Assembly (NCBI RefSeq): GCF_037042905.1
Contig: NC_087248.1
Coordinates: 6,572,001 to 6,636,000, forward strand
Reading direction: 5' to 3'
DNA: 64,000 nucleotides
Origin: Lytechinus pictus
Lineage: Eukaryota
Shown here: positions 25,839-40,803 of the stretch, in pieces
Layout of the letters: each line of letters begins with the position of its first letter
Position numbering within the stretch: the stretch's first letter is position 1
Program-made: the position numbers and the translations under genes
The notes under the pieces: model-generated
Told to the model about the DNA's origin: nothing
Seen by the model: only the letters and a program-made list of their open reading frames with translations
The model's database searches: none

Positions 25839-25996
25839 CACTCTAAACTAGGATTGGTCAAAATGAAAATTTTCCTGGTTAATATGTGTCAATAACAATG
25901 GTCAATATCAACCAAATTCCTGGTAGATCAAGAATTTGGTTGATTTTGACCATTCTTCTTGGTCAATGGAAATTTTGACCAATCCCTTTGAGAGTG
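25839..25996. mobile_element. Small palindromic CACT-ended MITE (EnSpm/CACTA-like)
   Basis: CACTCT...GGATTGGTCAAAAT / ATTTTGACCAATCC...AGAGTG; CA on both sides; central hairpin atcaaccaaattc/gaatttggttgat. Confidence 0.65.
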
Positions 25997-26450
25997 CATG
26001 ATGCTGCTGTGTATAATTAGAATTTATAGAGAGCTTTAAACCTTTTTTATCATTTCTTTTTTAATAAATAAAATGGTTGTGATGCAGATGGAATGGACCA
26101 ATATTCTTCTGAATAGATTTTACTCATAGGGATCTGGTGCTATCTTTTCAAGCAGTGAATTGAACAAGTTGTAGCCCAGATTTATTAAATCTAACATTTC
26201 CTGTTCAGTAATTCGGTCAATCGGGTGAATTGAATTAGCATAAGCTCACTTGTCATACGTTCTAGCCATATGTCATGTGGGCCTTACTTCAACTCTCTAA
26301 GGCCAGATGACCACTGAATTTTATCAAATTACTATAGGAGGAGCAATGTCTATTTGACCATTAATATTTAATTGCCGTCAGCTAATGACCAAGAAGTGTC
26401 CACCTTTTCTCAAATTGTTACTATAGGCCTCCTATGATTCTAAGATTTAA

Positions 26451-27045
26451 AGGGGAATCCAACCCAAATAAAAACTTGTTTTTATAAGAAAGAGATAAAT
26501 AAGACAAGTTGATAGGTGAGAGTTTGAACAATATTGGACAAACAACAAGAAAGTTATGAATTTTTAAAAGTTGTAAATATTGGTAATCACTATACCCATG
26601 GAGACTTCCAATTGGCCGCATATGGGATGTCATAGTGATGTAAGGCAAGGACTACTCTTCTATGTACTCCAATATATATTATGGCTAAAATGTCATTTTT
26701 CCCAAAAGTTTTATTTCAAATTATATTTTTCTTTCATGAGGACATAAAACAATATACTACCTGGGTTATATTTAGATTACTGCCCCAGGGGAATGGGTAC
26801 TTAGGAGAAAACCACAAATCCCTGATAATAAAGTACATGGCCTATGGGAAAGTTGTCCTTGCCCCTTGTCATAATTTACTTACCCAGTTGCCAATTTGAA
26901 ATCTACATACTATTAGTGATCTCAATTTTAAAGCAGCTATAACTTTCTTAATGCTTGTCCGATTTCTTTCAAACTTTCACCATTCTGTTTAATTTATTTT
27001 TTTCCTTCCCAACACAACATTTTATGGCCAAGGCTGGATTCCCCT
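26451..27045 (+). mobile_element. TTAA-target (Kolobok-like) MITE family B, copy 1
   Basis: TTAA TSD; TIR AGGGGAATCCA(A/G)CC; homologous over its full length to 52605-53200. Confidence 0.92.
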
Positions 27046-30000
27046 TTAAACACAAAAGCAAAATTTGTTTTCAGTTTCATGATTTAAACATTTAGGTTTA
27101 AAATATCTGAATATCTGTGTATGCCTACCATTTTGAAAATAGGGGTCACACTTGTATTTTTTTCCAGATCATTATAGTTGTTTAAAATGCACTGCAGACC
27201 TTATTTTCAGATGTCAGATGTAAAATATCATGAAATAATAAGGAATATGTCATTAACATTCAAATGATTTATACAAACCTTTCTTTTCTGTTCAGATGAG
27301 ATAATTTTCTTTAATTTCATTTTCCTGATTTGCATTCTTCAAATAACCTACTTGCCCAAGGTCAAATTTGCTACCGGCATAACCTGATATTGACATTGCT
27401 CTTCAAATGTTTTCATATCTTATTGTTTCTTTTCCGCAAAATACTATTATCCAAACACTTCTTGACCATTATTGGTATGAAACCAACATCGCGTTAATTA
27501 TTAAATTTTTGAGCATTGTAATGGAGAATAGGAGAAGCTGGTTCTGGTCATCTGTTCAATTTTTTTGTTTCCTTTTTCACCCAGACTTGACCCCTTGCTG
27601 AATCTTGATAGAAAGGCAAATTTGCTGAATGATAAAAGGTGTTAGTTTTCCCTCCTGTTTACTTCAAATATTTGTCCAGTTTTTTTATTGTAATTTTCAC
27701 CACTTCCACATTGAGACTAAATTATTTGATGACCTGCAAAGCTTCATGAAAAAGATGAATAATCTTTATGAAGTAGAAAAGAAATTTAAGCTAGATACAA
27801 GACAAATCGTGAATATGCAGCATTTGGCTTCAGTAGTATATTGAGTTCTTAAGGCCTTTTGGTTAATCCTTTTTCTTTAGTTTCAAGAATTGATTTCAAT
27901 AAATTCATTCTGTCTCACTTTTAAATTCAATCCAATGCATTGTACAATTCCAAAATAATAATCTCCAATCCCCAATGTTGACTGTACATTGCAATTTCAT
28001 TCCTTTGATCTTAGCTTTTATTGAGCTTCTTACAGTGTAACTGATTCCGAGTGGTATAGAATTTAGGAGTGAATTTCATTGTGTCAAACGAAATTGCCAA
28101 AGCCATTAACCCAAAACGCTCAAATTACTGATGAAAATATAAAAGCATGGTTAGCAATAAATGCCAAGGGTCCATCAGCCTCTGATATTAATCCTGTTGT
28201 TTGCAGACATATTATTGGATTAAACACACTTAACCATTTATACAGAAATATGAGAAGGTCAAATTGGGTATGTGATTTATAAAATGAAAATTGCCATCAC
28301 AGATCCCTGGTAAACTTTTTCCATGTTTTTTTTTTTATGCAGAGGTATATGTCACTGAACCCTGTAATCAAATGATAAAAAAGATGATTGTAAACAGTAA
28401 TTACACCTTGTTACCACTGAGAGAGAAGGACATTGTTATATAATTTTAAATCATATAAATGCTAAAAATATCATTATAGATATTAATGAACAAAGTAGAA
28501 ACCACAAAAATAATATTACAATGCAAACACATCTGATATGACCTTAGCTATTCAGAGTAATAGAAATAGGAGTTTTGTGAGGGGTTATAAAAAAAAATCC
28601 AGATATTTATTCAATAACATTCAGGTATATGTACGTTATTACTTGACTGGCAGAAAGGCATCGTGGGCTAGCCATCCAACTTAAATTAGAGCGCCCTCTG
28701 CCAGCTGCATGATATCTTAGTTGTGCCCCTGTCTTAATATTGAAGAATTAAATCCTTCTGCTTTCAGGATATACAAAAAAAAACTAAATTTTGACATTGA
28801 CTGAAATTTAGGTTTGTGACAGGTTTTTTTTTTAATCAGCAACAATGAATGCAAAATAAATGTCATGAACATTTCATATTGAAGCATATGAGGTGCGGAC
28901 ATGACATTAACAATAATAAAGTATGCACAAATTTATCATCCCTTTTTGATGAATTAAAGTGTTTTGCTTGTTTCATTACACAATATGTATTTTTGACTTA
29001 CCCCTTTAAATAACTGAAATACAGGAGAAAGGCCAATAGAGGGAAGGGTGCATAGGGTGAAAGTTGATCAATTTGAATGATGTTTTAAAGTAGATGATAA
29101 ATCAATACCAAGGGCCATTAATTCTCACCAGAATCCCAGTCAAATCCAACCAATCTGAAATCCAAATGTTTGTATTTCATTGTAATGTGAAGTGATCTTG
29201 AGTTCTAACCCCTGCTGTCTTTTCTTCTGGAAGATGTGCTCACATTTACACAGGATAAACCCCTCATTCAACAAATCTAAATTAGAAAAAGAGCTTTCTC
29301 ATTCGGATTTACTATTTGTTTGCCAGTGATATGGCTACCCTTACTGATGTGTGTACCTTTCAGAAGGAAAAGGGGGCAGACTGCCCCCACCCCCTCCCTT
29401 TGTAAAATGACAAGAAAGCCCTCCTGGAAATAACACAGTGATAAAGTGAGTTAGCAGTGTGAAGGTAATTTCACACTGTGCACCACACTTGTGAACACAC
29501 TGTTGGATGCAGTTTTCATTCCATTTCCAGCAGGGGAGAGAAAGGGGGAGGGTGACAAGACCCCCCCCCCCCCGCATGTAATTGACATTGTTAACCAAAT
29601 ACTGTGTGTCACTGAGTACAGACTAGCAAGTAATGCCCGCTTCTTTCTTGTCAGAGTATGTTTAATAGAAAACTGTATATTGGCCTACTTTATCCCTAGC
29701 CCTAATTTATCTTTTGCAAGTTTAAGAATTGGGTAGCTTGGGAAATATTTCCCTAAATAATGCGAACAATCCAAAACTAATTGTACAAAACAGATCATCG
29801 ATCAACTGAATGTTGTTCAGAAAGGCAACATAATAAAGTTCCATTCATGAAACCTGAACTCCCCATTATTATTCATTTTTAATAAGTGCCCGCTTGTAAT
29901 TAATGTTAATGATGCCAGTGGCATTCTTAAGTGCACTGACATGATTAATAGTGAATATTGAATTTCTGTCTGAACTTTATTTTGACATTTTTTAATAGCA

Positions 30001-32621
30001 TTTCATTTTGTGAATCAGTAATATTTGATGAGTTATCATAATGCTAGTTTGTGACTGAAAATTCACAAATGTGTTTTTGAAAAAACTGCAAAATTTCAAC
30101 AAATTGAAAATTATGATTCAGAAATTTTTAAACTTATGCTAGAAATCCACTAGTAACATTCCTGGTATTTGTTTTTCGTATCCATTATTTGAACCAGTAT
30201 TACAAGAAGGAAATCTTCCTTCCAAGAAAGAAATGGACAGATAATTGCATGTATTTTATCTTTCCTTTGTAATTCTGCAATTCTGACTAAAATCAATTGT
30301 TCAATGCTTAGCTTTTCTTACTGACCATGAAAGTTGACAAAGGTGGAATATATTGGTGGAAAGCCTTATTCCTTTTGATCATCAATGAAGCGGAAAATAG
30401 ATTTAAAGGGTCTATTTCACTGACCTTTCTTTCATTCCTAGATCAATGAAAGTATTTGTAACTTCAAGGGTATCAATTAACATGTACTGTGAAATTTCAC
30501 CCCCCCCCCTCCCCCGAAAGTTTATGCACACAGGCCTATATGTAAATTCTCCGTATTATGATCAATGAAAATTGATAAAGAGCGTTATTTTCAAAATTAT
30601 TTGTAAATGATTAGTTCATGAAAATAAAAGTGATAATGAATTAGGTAAACCATTCTGCTCCGAAGTTGACTTTAAATTAACATGTATTTGTGTTTTTATC
30701 TTTAAAAAATTGATATTTTAGTCACTAGGAAGTGGTTTCCATTTAGAATTTTGTGACAAATCTACTGAGAATCCAAAAGAGAGAAATAAAGGGCAATAAT
30801 AATTTAAATCTAATGATTGGTCCCTTTAACCAAGCTTTAAGGTCTATATCATTATTGATTGATACCAAACGTTCTTGTCACACCTCAGCGGGCATTCCCA
30901 CCTCCAACTTTTAGCAAGCCATAGTGACGAACCCAGGGTCATTTGATGGACACTTGTTTGCTTTAAGAGATCAATTTCCGATATTCTTAGAAACAAAAGG
31001 GAAAGGTATGTTTGTAAGGGCTGTAGATGCTCAAGACGAATGTCACATTTTTTCTTGTATTTATTTTGATTTTTTTTCCCCTTTTATTTATTTTAATCTT
31101 AAGTTTATCAAGAAATTTTAAAAAGGGTGTGTAGGCCTACGTCATTGTGTGTCATTGCACTTCAATTTCATCTTTTCTTCCCGACCTCCCTCTATCTCTC
31201 TCTCTCTTAATCCTTGATTTTGATCACTTCCTATACTCTTTCCTAGAATGTGGGCACTTGAAATGATTCAAGTAAAGCGTCCATGAGTAAAGAAACAGAC
31301 TTATTGGATTTTTACATTCCATATTGATTTGATCTATTCTACAATATCAAGAGTTGTTTCAGCAGCAGATAGTAAACATCAACAACCAGAAAAATACACC
31401 ATGCTGTTGTTTTCAATTATAATGTAAACATTTTAATTATTTTTTTAATATAAAAAGAGACACCACATCTGTATGAGTACATATTAACCCATTGAAATTG
31501 AATTCAGTGATCCCCATATAGGCCTACTTTGGATGGGGTGTACAGTAGGCAACATGTAAATAAATTAAAGGCGATTTAATAATATTTACAAAATATGAAT
31601 ACACAACAGTCACACAATGATAATGAAATCCTCATGATTTTTTTAAGTAAAGGCCTACACGTTGTGAATAATTTAATTTTCTCTGATGAACTCCCAATTT
31701 GATTAAATTCTTCTCTTCTTTTTAAAAGAAATAAATGAATATTTTATTCTCAAACATTTCGTTTTATTTGAAAGCCTGTATTGCCCCCTTGACAATTGCA
31801 TCATTATAGGACCCCTTTCAGCAGTAAAATTGTACTATTGTAATTTAGATCTGACGTCAACCGCAAAACACAATAGTGAGTACAATGAATAGACATTTGT
31901 CAGTCTTAAAACAGTTCCTTTTAGGCATCACAAATAAATGTGCTGTATTTTAAAAGTATAAGGTCAACTGAAAACGTAAAGAAATTGAATTTATGTACCA
32001 GTCAGTTACAGCGATGGAGGAATTTTGGATGAAATCCCTTTCTTTCGCTTTAAGAATTATTTGAAATGAAGGAAAATTGTTAATTGTGTCTGAATAACGA
32101 GACTATAATTTCTTAGATCAAGTGGTTCCAGTCTTTACTCATCTTTTGTATTCAGGTGAGGACTATTTGTGGAAGAGTTTATTCTGTGTAAGGGGTGTGG
32201 ACAGGGCCTGATTTACAAACTAAATGGTTTGAATATTCATCTATATATTCATCATAATAATCAAACTCTTATCTCTAGGGTGTTGCATGAAGTTTGGAAA
32301 AAACATAGTAGTAAAATTGAAAAAAAAATAAAGTATGAAACTGAAATTGTACATGTTTTAAAGCAAATCTATTTTTAATTTCAGTCTAAATTTGTTTGGT
32401 TAAATATTCATAAAATTAATGGTGAATGACGTTAATCGCATTTCAGATTTTTTTGGGGAAATACTTTGTGCATTTCCTCTTTAGCTACTATTCATAATTG
32501 CAACCCATCCGTTGACTTTATTTACTGTTCTATCCATGTACAGTCTCCTATTGATTACAATGTGCAAAGTGTGTCAATAAACTTCTCGCTCCGGCGATTA
32601 TTTATTCCTTATTCGATTTCA

Positions 32622-32629
32622 TATAAAAG
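32622..32629 (+). promoter_or_regulatory. TATA box of a putative internal promoter
   Basis: TATAAAAG at the start of a locally CpG-bearing stretch (about 32585-32900) with CRE-like TGACGT and ACGTAA motifs, upstream of the 33393 exon. Confidence 0.45.
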
Positions 32630-33392
32630 AGCAGAGTCGTGAGTAGTCCTGCATCTTTTGCAGCACCCCTATGAGTAGAATGGACCCCTCCAGCAACTGT
32701 TATGCTAATGACGTTAAATGGGCAGTAGCACATGTTTGAATAGATTCAGTATAGTAGAGATTCTACCATTCTGTTGAACAGGGCAAAGCATTACGGATGG
32801 ATGCATCAGAATGATACGTTGCGTGGAAAGAGTCAACGGAGCATGCCCTTCGACGACGTAATCAAGCCATGACACAAAACAAAAAAAAGTCATCACCGCT
32901 AAGCTTGAATCTTAACTTCTTGAAATCATAGAGGATAGAAGCGTCCTCTTGGTAAGACCAAAGCTAGATGATGTGAACAGATGTTACTACAGACTCTAAG
33001 TATGCATAGCTAATTGATATTTCTTCATTGATTTTTTTCTGTTTTCTTGAAATCATTTCTTCATATATTCTTCAAAGAAAATTGAAAAGTTCAATTTTAG
33101 AGCATTTTGACCTAACTTTTTAGTTGAAGTTTGAGATGGAACCTTCCATGCTAGGATTCTGAGAATCTTTGTTATCTTGAAGTTGAAGCAGCAATTTTAC
33201 TGGAAACCTTTCTATTTTTATTGAACAAGAATCTGTTGGACTGTGCTAAATCCTGAATGAACCAAGTTAGAAACTAGAAACTGCCCCAGATGCCATCAAA
33301 ATTGTTAACTTAATAAAACATATTGGATCGTGAATATGTTTTGTTAGTCTGATCAGGAATCACAAAGCCTTTTCATTGGACTGCTCGTGATC

Positions 33393-33458
33393 ATGCGTGA
33401 ATATCTTCCGATTATGTTTCAAACCAGAGATGAGTTCTTCGGTGGGCTAGCATCAAAG
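33393..33458 (+). CDS. Putative alternative first coding exon, MREYLPIMFQTRDEFFGGLASK
   Basis: atcATG, 22 open codons, ends AAG|GTAAAT in phase 0; downstream of the TATA box. Confidence 0.5.
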
Positions 33459-36400
33459 GTAAATAACCTTCCATTTCTTCTCTTGTTTTCTGATGTGACT
33501 TTTTTAAATGATGCCCTTTTTTTGTAAACAGTCCATTTTACTTTGAAGACTTGTTTTAAATCACCCAGTCTATGCTTTGAATAGGGTGTAATTTCTCATT
33601 TGTATTTTATTCAGTTCCGCTCCAAAAGCTTCATTGGGTGAAGCCCTATGAATTAGTTTTCAATTCGTCTATGGAAAATAAAAGATAGTTAGAAAACATA
33701 CAACATCTATGACGTATGAAAAGTGTGAATCGCAATGTGACTAGGGACGCCTTCTAACACAATTAAATCACACTGTGTGAAGTCTTGTTAATATATATTC
33801 TTTTTACAAGGACTGCTTTGTGTTCGTCATCTATTTATAGTATATAGCCAAATTATTCTTGTGATCGAAGAAATCAAAGATAGCGTTGCCCATCCTGCGA
33901 TGATATACAGACCTATGTGTATACCATTGGAAATAATTGCAATGGCCTTTCTTCAATTTTCAGTTATTTTGATATGACTATATGTGGGTGTGTTTGTTTT
34001 GTTCATGGCCGGCCAAAGGTTTTGCTTGGGAAAATTGAAGTTGGTTCCTTTTGTGACATGATGCACATCTTTTTATTTTTGCCCGTTTTGGTCTGAAAAT
34101 AATAAATTCAATATTTATAGGATACCTTGTTATCATTGTTGTGTATTGATTGTAGGCCGACTTATTTTTATTATTGCGTTTATGAGACCTGGTATAGACA
34201 TTAATAATTTATATCAATCAATTTGGTAAATTTTAGGAAACGTGGTGCTAATTTCTTTTTTTTTTGTAATTGTGGATATGGGGGGTTGTCAATTAAATAT
34301 ATTGATAAGTATTCCAAAAGTATGTTTTATACTAGAAATGTAATGCATTTAAGATCTCTATAAAGTCAGATAGAATGCTGTATGATGCTTTGGCTGAAAG
34401 GTTTTTTTTTGGGGGGGTAGGTCTATTTTACTATATTGCTTACTGTTTGTAAAGTCTAATTAGGATCAAGGGTTTATGATGTTTGTTATAGCTCTTGATT
34501 AGATCATTTCATGATAATTACCAGAACCAACATTCCCTATTGTGTACCTATTAGCTGGTAAATTGTAGGCGTCCTCTGATGTGCCCTTATTCAATTTGCA
34601 TGTTTGTTGATGAACATGTTTTATGGTGTGTATTCATGCTATCAAGGTGCTCAGAAAACAAAGCCTTGTTTGGACATCATCATGATGCATGATTGGGATT
34701 ATAGAATTAAGAATTGCCTCCTCAATTGGGGGGAGGGGGGCTGTTCTTGAGGCCAAAAGCCTATTTTAAGTTATTTTTGTGTAAGTCCCCCAAAAGTGCT
34801 TGTCAGTTTTCCATTTCATTATTAGGCCTAGCCTATGTTATATGAATAATTCAAATTTTCACGAATTTTCAAGAATCGGGAAAAAATATCATAGACAGGC
34901 CACTACCCTTTTGTAAAGTGGGAATGTGAAATGATAAGAATAATGCACATTATTGACCCTTTACAACTTTAGCTGGGCTGAAGGGAAATGTCCTATGAGC
35001 AACAGAGAAAGTGTAGGCCTACCTGTTCCATTATTTTTTCACTAAAATAGTAACCAAAGGAGCCCCATTCCAGTTGATAATTGAGAATGGTTTGGCATTG
35101 GGCAGGTCAAACAACCTCACTTTCTCTTTCTGTGCACATTTATGTACTATCATTTATAACTCAGCACCAATTCTTACTTCATACATTACACCCTGAAGTT
35201 TGAGAACTGTTCAGTCGTCTTTTGTGTGGCGGGATCTCTGTTGCATTGATGTGATCCATATTATAGTGGGGCTCTTTGATGTATGTTTTATCTCGTTTAC
35301 AGGGCTGCATCACAATGCTGACCATTGATAACCTTCAAGATTCTATATGTTTAAGGGGTAATATTACTTCGCTCTATTATGTAATGTAGAATCCTGTCAC
35401 CATATATGCATGAATTGAATGAAAGGAGGTTCTTAAACGTTCCAATATAAAGATATGCTGATGATTAGCATAATCGGACTTCAGTTATATTAATAGAGGT
35501 TTGAGATTGAATGGTTACTCTGTTTATTTTGGAATATCCATCTATCAAAGGAAGTATTAAATTTGGTAATTCCATGACAAAATGATTTTAAATCCTTAAT
35601 GCAACAGCAAATATATCTTTCTCCTCCTTTTTTGTGCTCTAATTTTCCTCCTTAAATATGTCCTTCCATTCGATTAAGCCATTGTACTATCCGGAAGGAA
35701 TATTTAATTTTCTTGATAAGCCCAGAGGATTCTCTTGTGGGTGTCTTGCCCCGTATGGACAAGAAGGCCTGCGATGTATCTGGCAGAAGCTCAAGACTTC
35801 TGGTCAGTTTACACCCTTTCCCTGAAAACTGATGATCCACAGTAAGTGCTCAATGCTGTGTATTCCTCCAGATGATATCTCTAAACATAGGATAATTTTC
35901 ACCTACAAACTCCTGTATTGATGTTGATTGGCACTTTTCTGGGTTTTGAATGAGAACAGGAGAAGCCACAGTGCCACAATTTGCTCGAGGAAATTCTACA
36001 AGAACTGGATGGGAGTGGAGGTGGTGGTCATCACATTTAGAATTCCATATCGTTATTTTGATCTATATCTCGGATGTAGAATTAGATCATTGAAGAGGAA
36101 TCTTGAGACTTGGCTCTAAACCAACATGGTCCAACCCCCTTCCTGCCTTTTTAGCACCTGATGGTGAAAGTATAAAAGGATTGTTTAATTACTGCATATC
36201 CTGTTTGCTTACTTGTTATTGAAACCCACAGGGCATGCATATTGACCACTCTCATCTAGTGGTCAAGTTCATTGTCCAGTGGTCATTCATGGCTAAACCT
36301 CATTCAGGATAGGAATAATAGATGGTTTTGCAATGGTCATTGAACGGTCAAATCGGACCTGAGGACAGTATGCCATAAGTTTTCCTGACGGTACCTTTGA

Positions 36401-37966
36401 GGTGGTTTGCTACTGTTGAGACAAGTGGTCACTCCTGGTCAGTCATAGGACAGTGTGTGGCTTGTGACTGGTCATCATGTGAGAATGAGTAGCTGACCAA
36501 AGCCATGAAGCTAGGTGTGCGTACCATGGATAAGGAATGTGAATAGGTCGTATATCCATTTTTTCCTGAGATCGTCCACCATTTTGGAGGTGCACAACTT
36601 TACTGACTGTTGCCTTGTGGAAATAAACACTTTGAGATGTGCTGAAGTTTAGGTCAGAGCTATTGAAATGAACATTTCAAGAAGACCCTATGTAATTCAA
36701 GGAAGAAGGAGAAAAGGGAAAGAAATCCTACTGCTTTGGTGATTTCATAGGCTGCACTGTTAAAAAACGGTATGCTGCATTTTCAAAATTAATTTTATTT
36801 TTTGTGAGTACCTATATTGATATGTTTACCCAAAAGACTTGTGGTTATGCAATATGTTCTTTTTTTGTCAATTAATGTCAGTTTTTGTGAAATTGTGAGT
36901 GTCGAAGTAGCTCCTACATGTAATCATTGAAACTTCTCAAATGAGATATGTTTCCGTGCATATAATTTTATTAGTACAAATACTATTACATTCTCATTAT
37001 GAGAAATTTGTATATATATTCTGAGTCACCATGGCGATACAAGATATGCTGTGTTAGTAAAACAACATGTTTCGCCCTGAACCCATGGACCTTCCACAAA
37101 CCTGAATAACGGTTTGCGTAACAGTTTGCTTTCATAGACAACTTTCATACAATAGTTCAATTATTGGGACAGTGTCTGGTCACGTTCAAGTCTATTCATA
37201 AGAGAAAGCTCCATATCAGCAAAAAGAAATGAATTCAGTTGTGAAGAATATGTGGTTTGAGTATGTTTATTAGAAGAGAAAGTCACTTGTATTCCTAAGG
37301 TTAATTGTGTTGATTTTCATTGGTGTGTTTCACAACATAAAATTCTGAGAATATAGACATGAAGTTTGCAATCACTTCAAATTTCACATAAGGACTATCT
37401 CATTATCATTTTGCTTCTCATAATAATAGCAAACAATGTAAAGAGAATTTATCACTTTGGCTGCAATAACTTCAATATCTGTGAATGTTTTATTCGCTTA
37501 CATATCAAAACAATTGAAAATAAAACATACAAAGAAATTTATATTAAAAAAAAAGAATATGTAGGGCTGTTTGCATAGATTACTTGCAATTTCCATGATC
37601 AGTATGTTTCTTTTCCCCAAATCAACAAACCGTGCAAGCATTTGGTAATTCTTTTGTTCTTTCTGATGGTAACTGTCATCAGAGCTTTTAATAGACCAAT
37701 AAAACATGAATGTGACTCCAAACAGGAGGTTCTTGTCCTTCACATTTCCTCAGAAAACGGAAGACAACCCTTATTTACTTTCAGCTTCCTTTCATTCTAA
37801 CATTTGTTTTGTGGTATGTTTCTTGATTAGCTTTATTTACTCACTTCATATTGACAATGTCAACAACACGTACCAGCCCACACATTCCTCATGGTAATCA
37901 ATACTACACGTTTCTAGGAATATTATGAGACACTTCCTTTTCTTATACAATAATTCAGTTCATTTA

Positions 37967-38417
37967 TACCGTGTTTACACTTAATCGGCATTTGGTTCTG
38001 AACCAAATGCCGATGCAGAATCGGCATTTGGATTGCGTTTACACGTTGTTATAGCTCGCGGTTCAGAACCGCGAGCCGATGCAAAAACCTGAAATGATGC
38101 GCATACCTACAATATACGTCATAATAAAGACAATGCTGGATCAGTGCGCTTACAATTACGTCACAATGGTAAAGTAATTGAAATGCGCACAAATTGCCGG
38201 TGCAGAATCGGCTTTCTGTTTACACGTAGTAAAAAAGCCGATTCTGCATCGGCTCGCGGTTCAGAACCTAGTACTTTGGTGGTGCAAATTGCCGGTTCTG
38301 AACCGTGAGCCGATTCAAGTTACTCGCGTTTACACGCTATGAAAAAGCCGATGCTGAATCGGCTCGCGGTTCAGAACCGCGAGCCGATTCAAATGCCGAT
38401 TAAGTGTAAACACGGTA
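37967..38417. mobile_element. TAC-ended Harbinger-like MITE, 451 bp
   Basis: Perfect 28-bp TIR TACCGTGTTTACACTTAATCGGCATTTG; TSD TTA/TTA; internal palindromes GGCTCGCGGTTCAGAACCGCGAGCC. Confidence 0.93.
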
Positions 38418-38478
38418 TTAGTTGTCAAAATTGGATTTGTCTCAAGAAATATTTCTTGAGTCATTGACTGATGACAAT

Positions 38479-38649
38479 TAGTCTGCAAGCACAGACTCAT
38501 ATTTGACACTTTATTAATGCCATGTCTAGAGTGTAGACTAGACGCCAAACTCCCTGTCTGCGTAATAGTTAATCTAGTCTCACTATTTCAGACTCTGCAT
38601 TATACACTATGCAAAATTACGAAAAACAAGGGTCTGTGCCGGCAGACTA
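38479..38649. mobile_element. TAG-ended MITE (Academ-like), 171 bp
   Basis: TAGTCTGCAAGCACAGACTC vs rc TAGTCTGCCGGCACAGACCC; TSD AAT/AAT. Confidence 0.7.
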
Positions 38650-40761
38650 AATGAAAATACTTATAGTTATTCTAACAGTATTTTTCAAAATACAATTTCA
38701 TGTCAGTAGATCAAATTGGATACATTCCTTTAATGTCTTTTTGTATAAGAAAAACCCTGTTTCATATGCCTTAACTAAGGTATGTATTTAAAATGCAACA
38801 GGATTTTTTTTTTTTTGCTTTGAAAAAGAGCACCTTTATTGTTATTTGCCAACAAGACAGAACATAGACCGTCCACCGGGGTCCATGTACAGACTTACAG
38901 GTAGGCCCATTCTTTGACATAACTTATGTTTTTGTGATGTTTGACGTCATTGCTGCTTCAGCCATGTGGAGCAGTCTTCATTGCATCTGACCAGTCTTCA
39001 AAGAACCTGACAATTTGTCCTATTGTCTCTGGACTGTTACACAGAGGTTTTAAAAATACCCTCTCAGAAAACTTGCTTTAGAAGAGGAGATTATCTTCTA
39101 GCCATTGACTTGGAATTGATCAAGTCCAATGGAGCATAAGCCATCAAGGTATAGTTTGGTGAATTTATTTTGTAGCCTTTGGTTGTAACTGTAAGAAGAA
39201 GCTGTGGACCTGGAACTGCACCAGCCACAACTTTGGGGTGATCAATCCTACCAGAATATCACATGGAGGATTGGTGCGTAACAAGGCCCTGTAACATTGA
39301 GACAGAAACAAACTAATCATACAGGTACATACTTTTAACTGTAAGTATATAATAGCCCATATACAATTGATTACAATAATCAATTGCAAATATTTTCATT
39401 AATGCAACAAGGTCTTGGTATAGGCCTAAAAGAAATGAGAACATATCTTGAACATTTCTGGTTATAGATAGAATAAACCTTTTCATTTAAGCCATCCTGG
39501 AGAAATTTCTTATACGGTGAATACTGCAAGTGCAATTAAAGGAGAAAACAATTTTCTATAGGCCTACAGGTATGCATATCATTTCATTTTTCCATGACAG
39601 GGTAAAGTGCTAATGGTATGCTAATGTATTTTCAGAGAGTCTACAGCAACAGGTCCATGCAACATCTGTAGGATCCCATGTCGACACCATAATGCTACAT
39701 GTACATTTATGGTTGGCCAACAAGACATAAAACAAAGCTGGTATCTTGTAGAATTCCCTTTTTATGGCATTCTTTATCTAGCATAACATGTGATTGTATT
39801 GTCACGTGTGTACCTTCCCGTGCAAGTGCAATAGAAACAAATAATTTGGCTCTCTAGTTCATTAAGTAAAATTTTCTGTAAATTATTGGTAATAGTAGAC
39901 AATTATCCCGTTTTATTAGTGATAAATTGTATGATTTGATGGTACCAGACAACTACCAGTTCCACAGTCCAGCATTGTGCATTTAAACTAAATGAATTCA
40001 CACTATTGAGGGTGCACTTCACATTAGCATTGGAAAAAAATTATCTGAATTGCTGTGCAAGCAAACAGAAGAGTTCCTGTGATGCTGCTATTGATTTTTA
40101 AAAGATGTTCTTATTAATTGCTCTGAATGAATGAGTAATTGGTCATGTATGTTGATGGTCATTTTTACAATCCCCCATTCAACCATACTGACCCTTATCC
40201 ATTCTCATGGTCAATTCTTAGAACTTGTTCAATGTTATATCTTTGTCTATTCAGTTGGATTGTAATTTGTGACAAATTTGATTTACCACAGCTGTACTGA
40301 ATCAATCATTTGTATACAAGAGAACTAAATTCTGAAATTCATTTTCCACAATACATGACAGTTGTGAATTTCAACAATCAAGTAAATTTTAAGAGGTGAC
40401 AAATTTTGATATATCGGCCTTTTTCAAAGCACTGGCTTCATCATTTCTGTATGAGAGCCTTATCATTTATAGAATGTCCATCTGATTTGAAGGCAATTCC
40501 CTCATGTAATCAAGTCAATTGCTGTTGGTTGAGAATCTGAAATGAAGGGTCACTCCAGTATAGCGTCAAAGTATGATACATATACTGCATCCATCTTGCT
40601 CATCCAGCTGTCAACTATCCCATCACTTTTTAATTTTTTCTTCAAGTCCGTAGAACGGGTGGTGTGAAGGCACACCCATTCATAAAAACTTTCCCCTTTG
40701 TCGACTAGGTCACTCATAATACTGCATGAATCTTGTGGTTTGGTATTAAAATGGTTAGTGG

Positions 40762-40803
40762 ATGAGCTGTATTGTGGCACCATTCATGTGCTGCCTCCTT
40801 GAG
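40762..40803 (+). CDS. Candidate short alternative first exon, MSCIVAPFMCCLLE
   Basis: First ATG after an in-frame stop, 14 codons, GAG|GTAAGA donor in phase 0. Confidence 0.3.
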
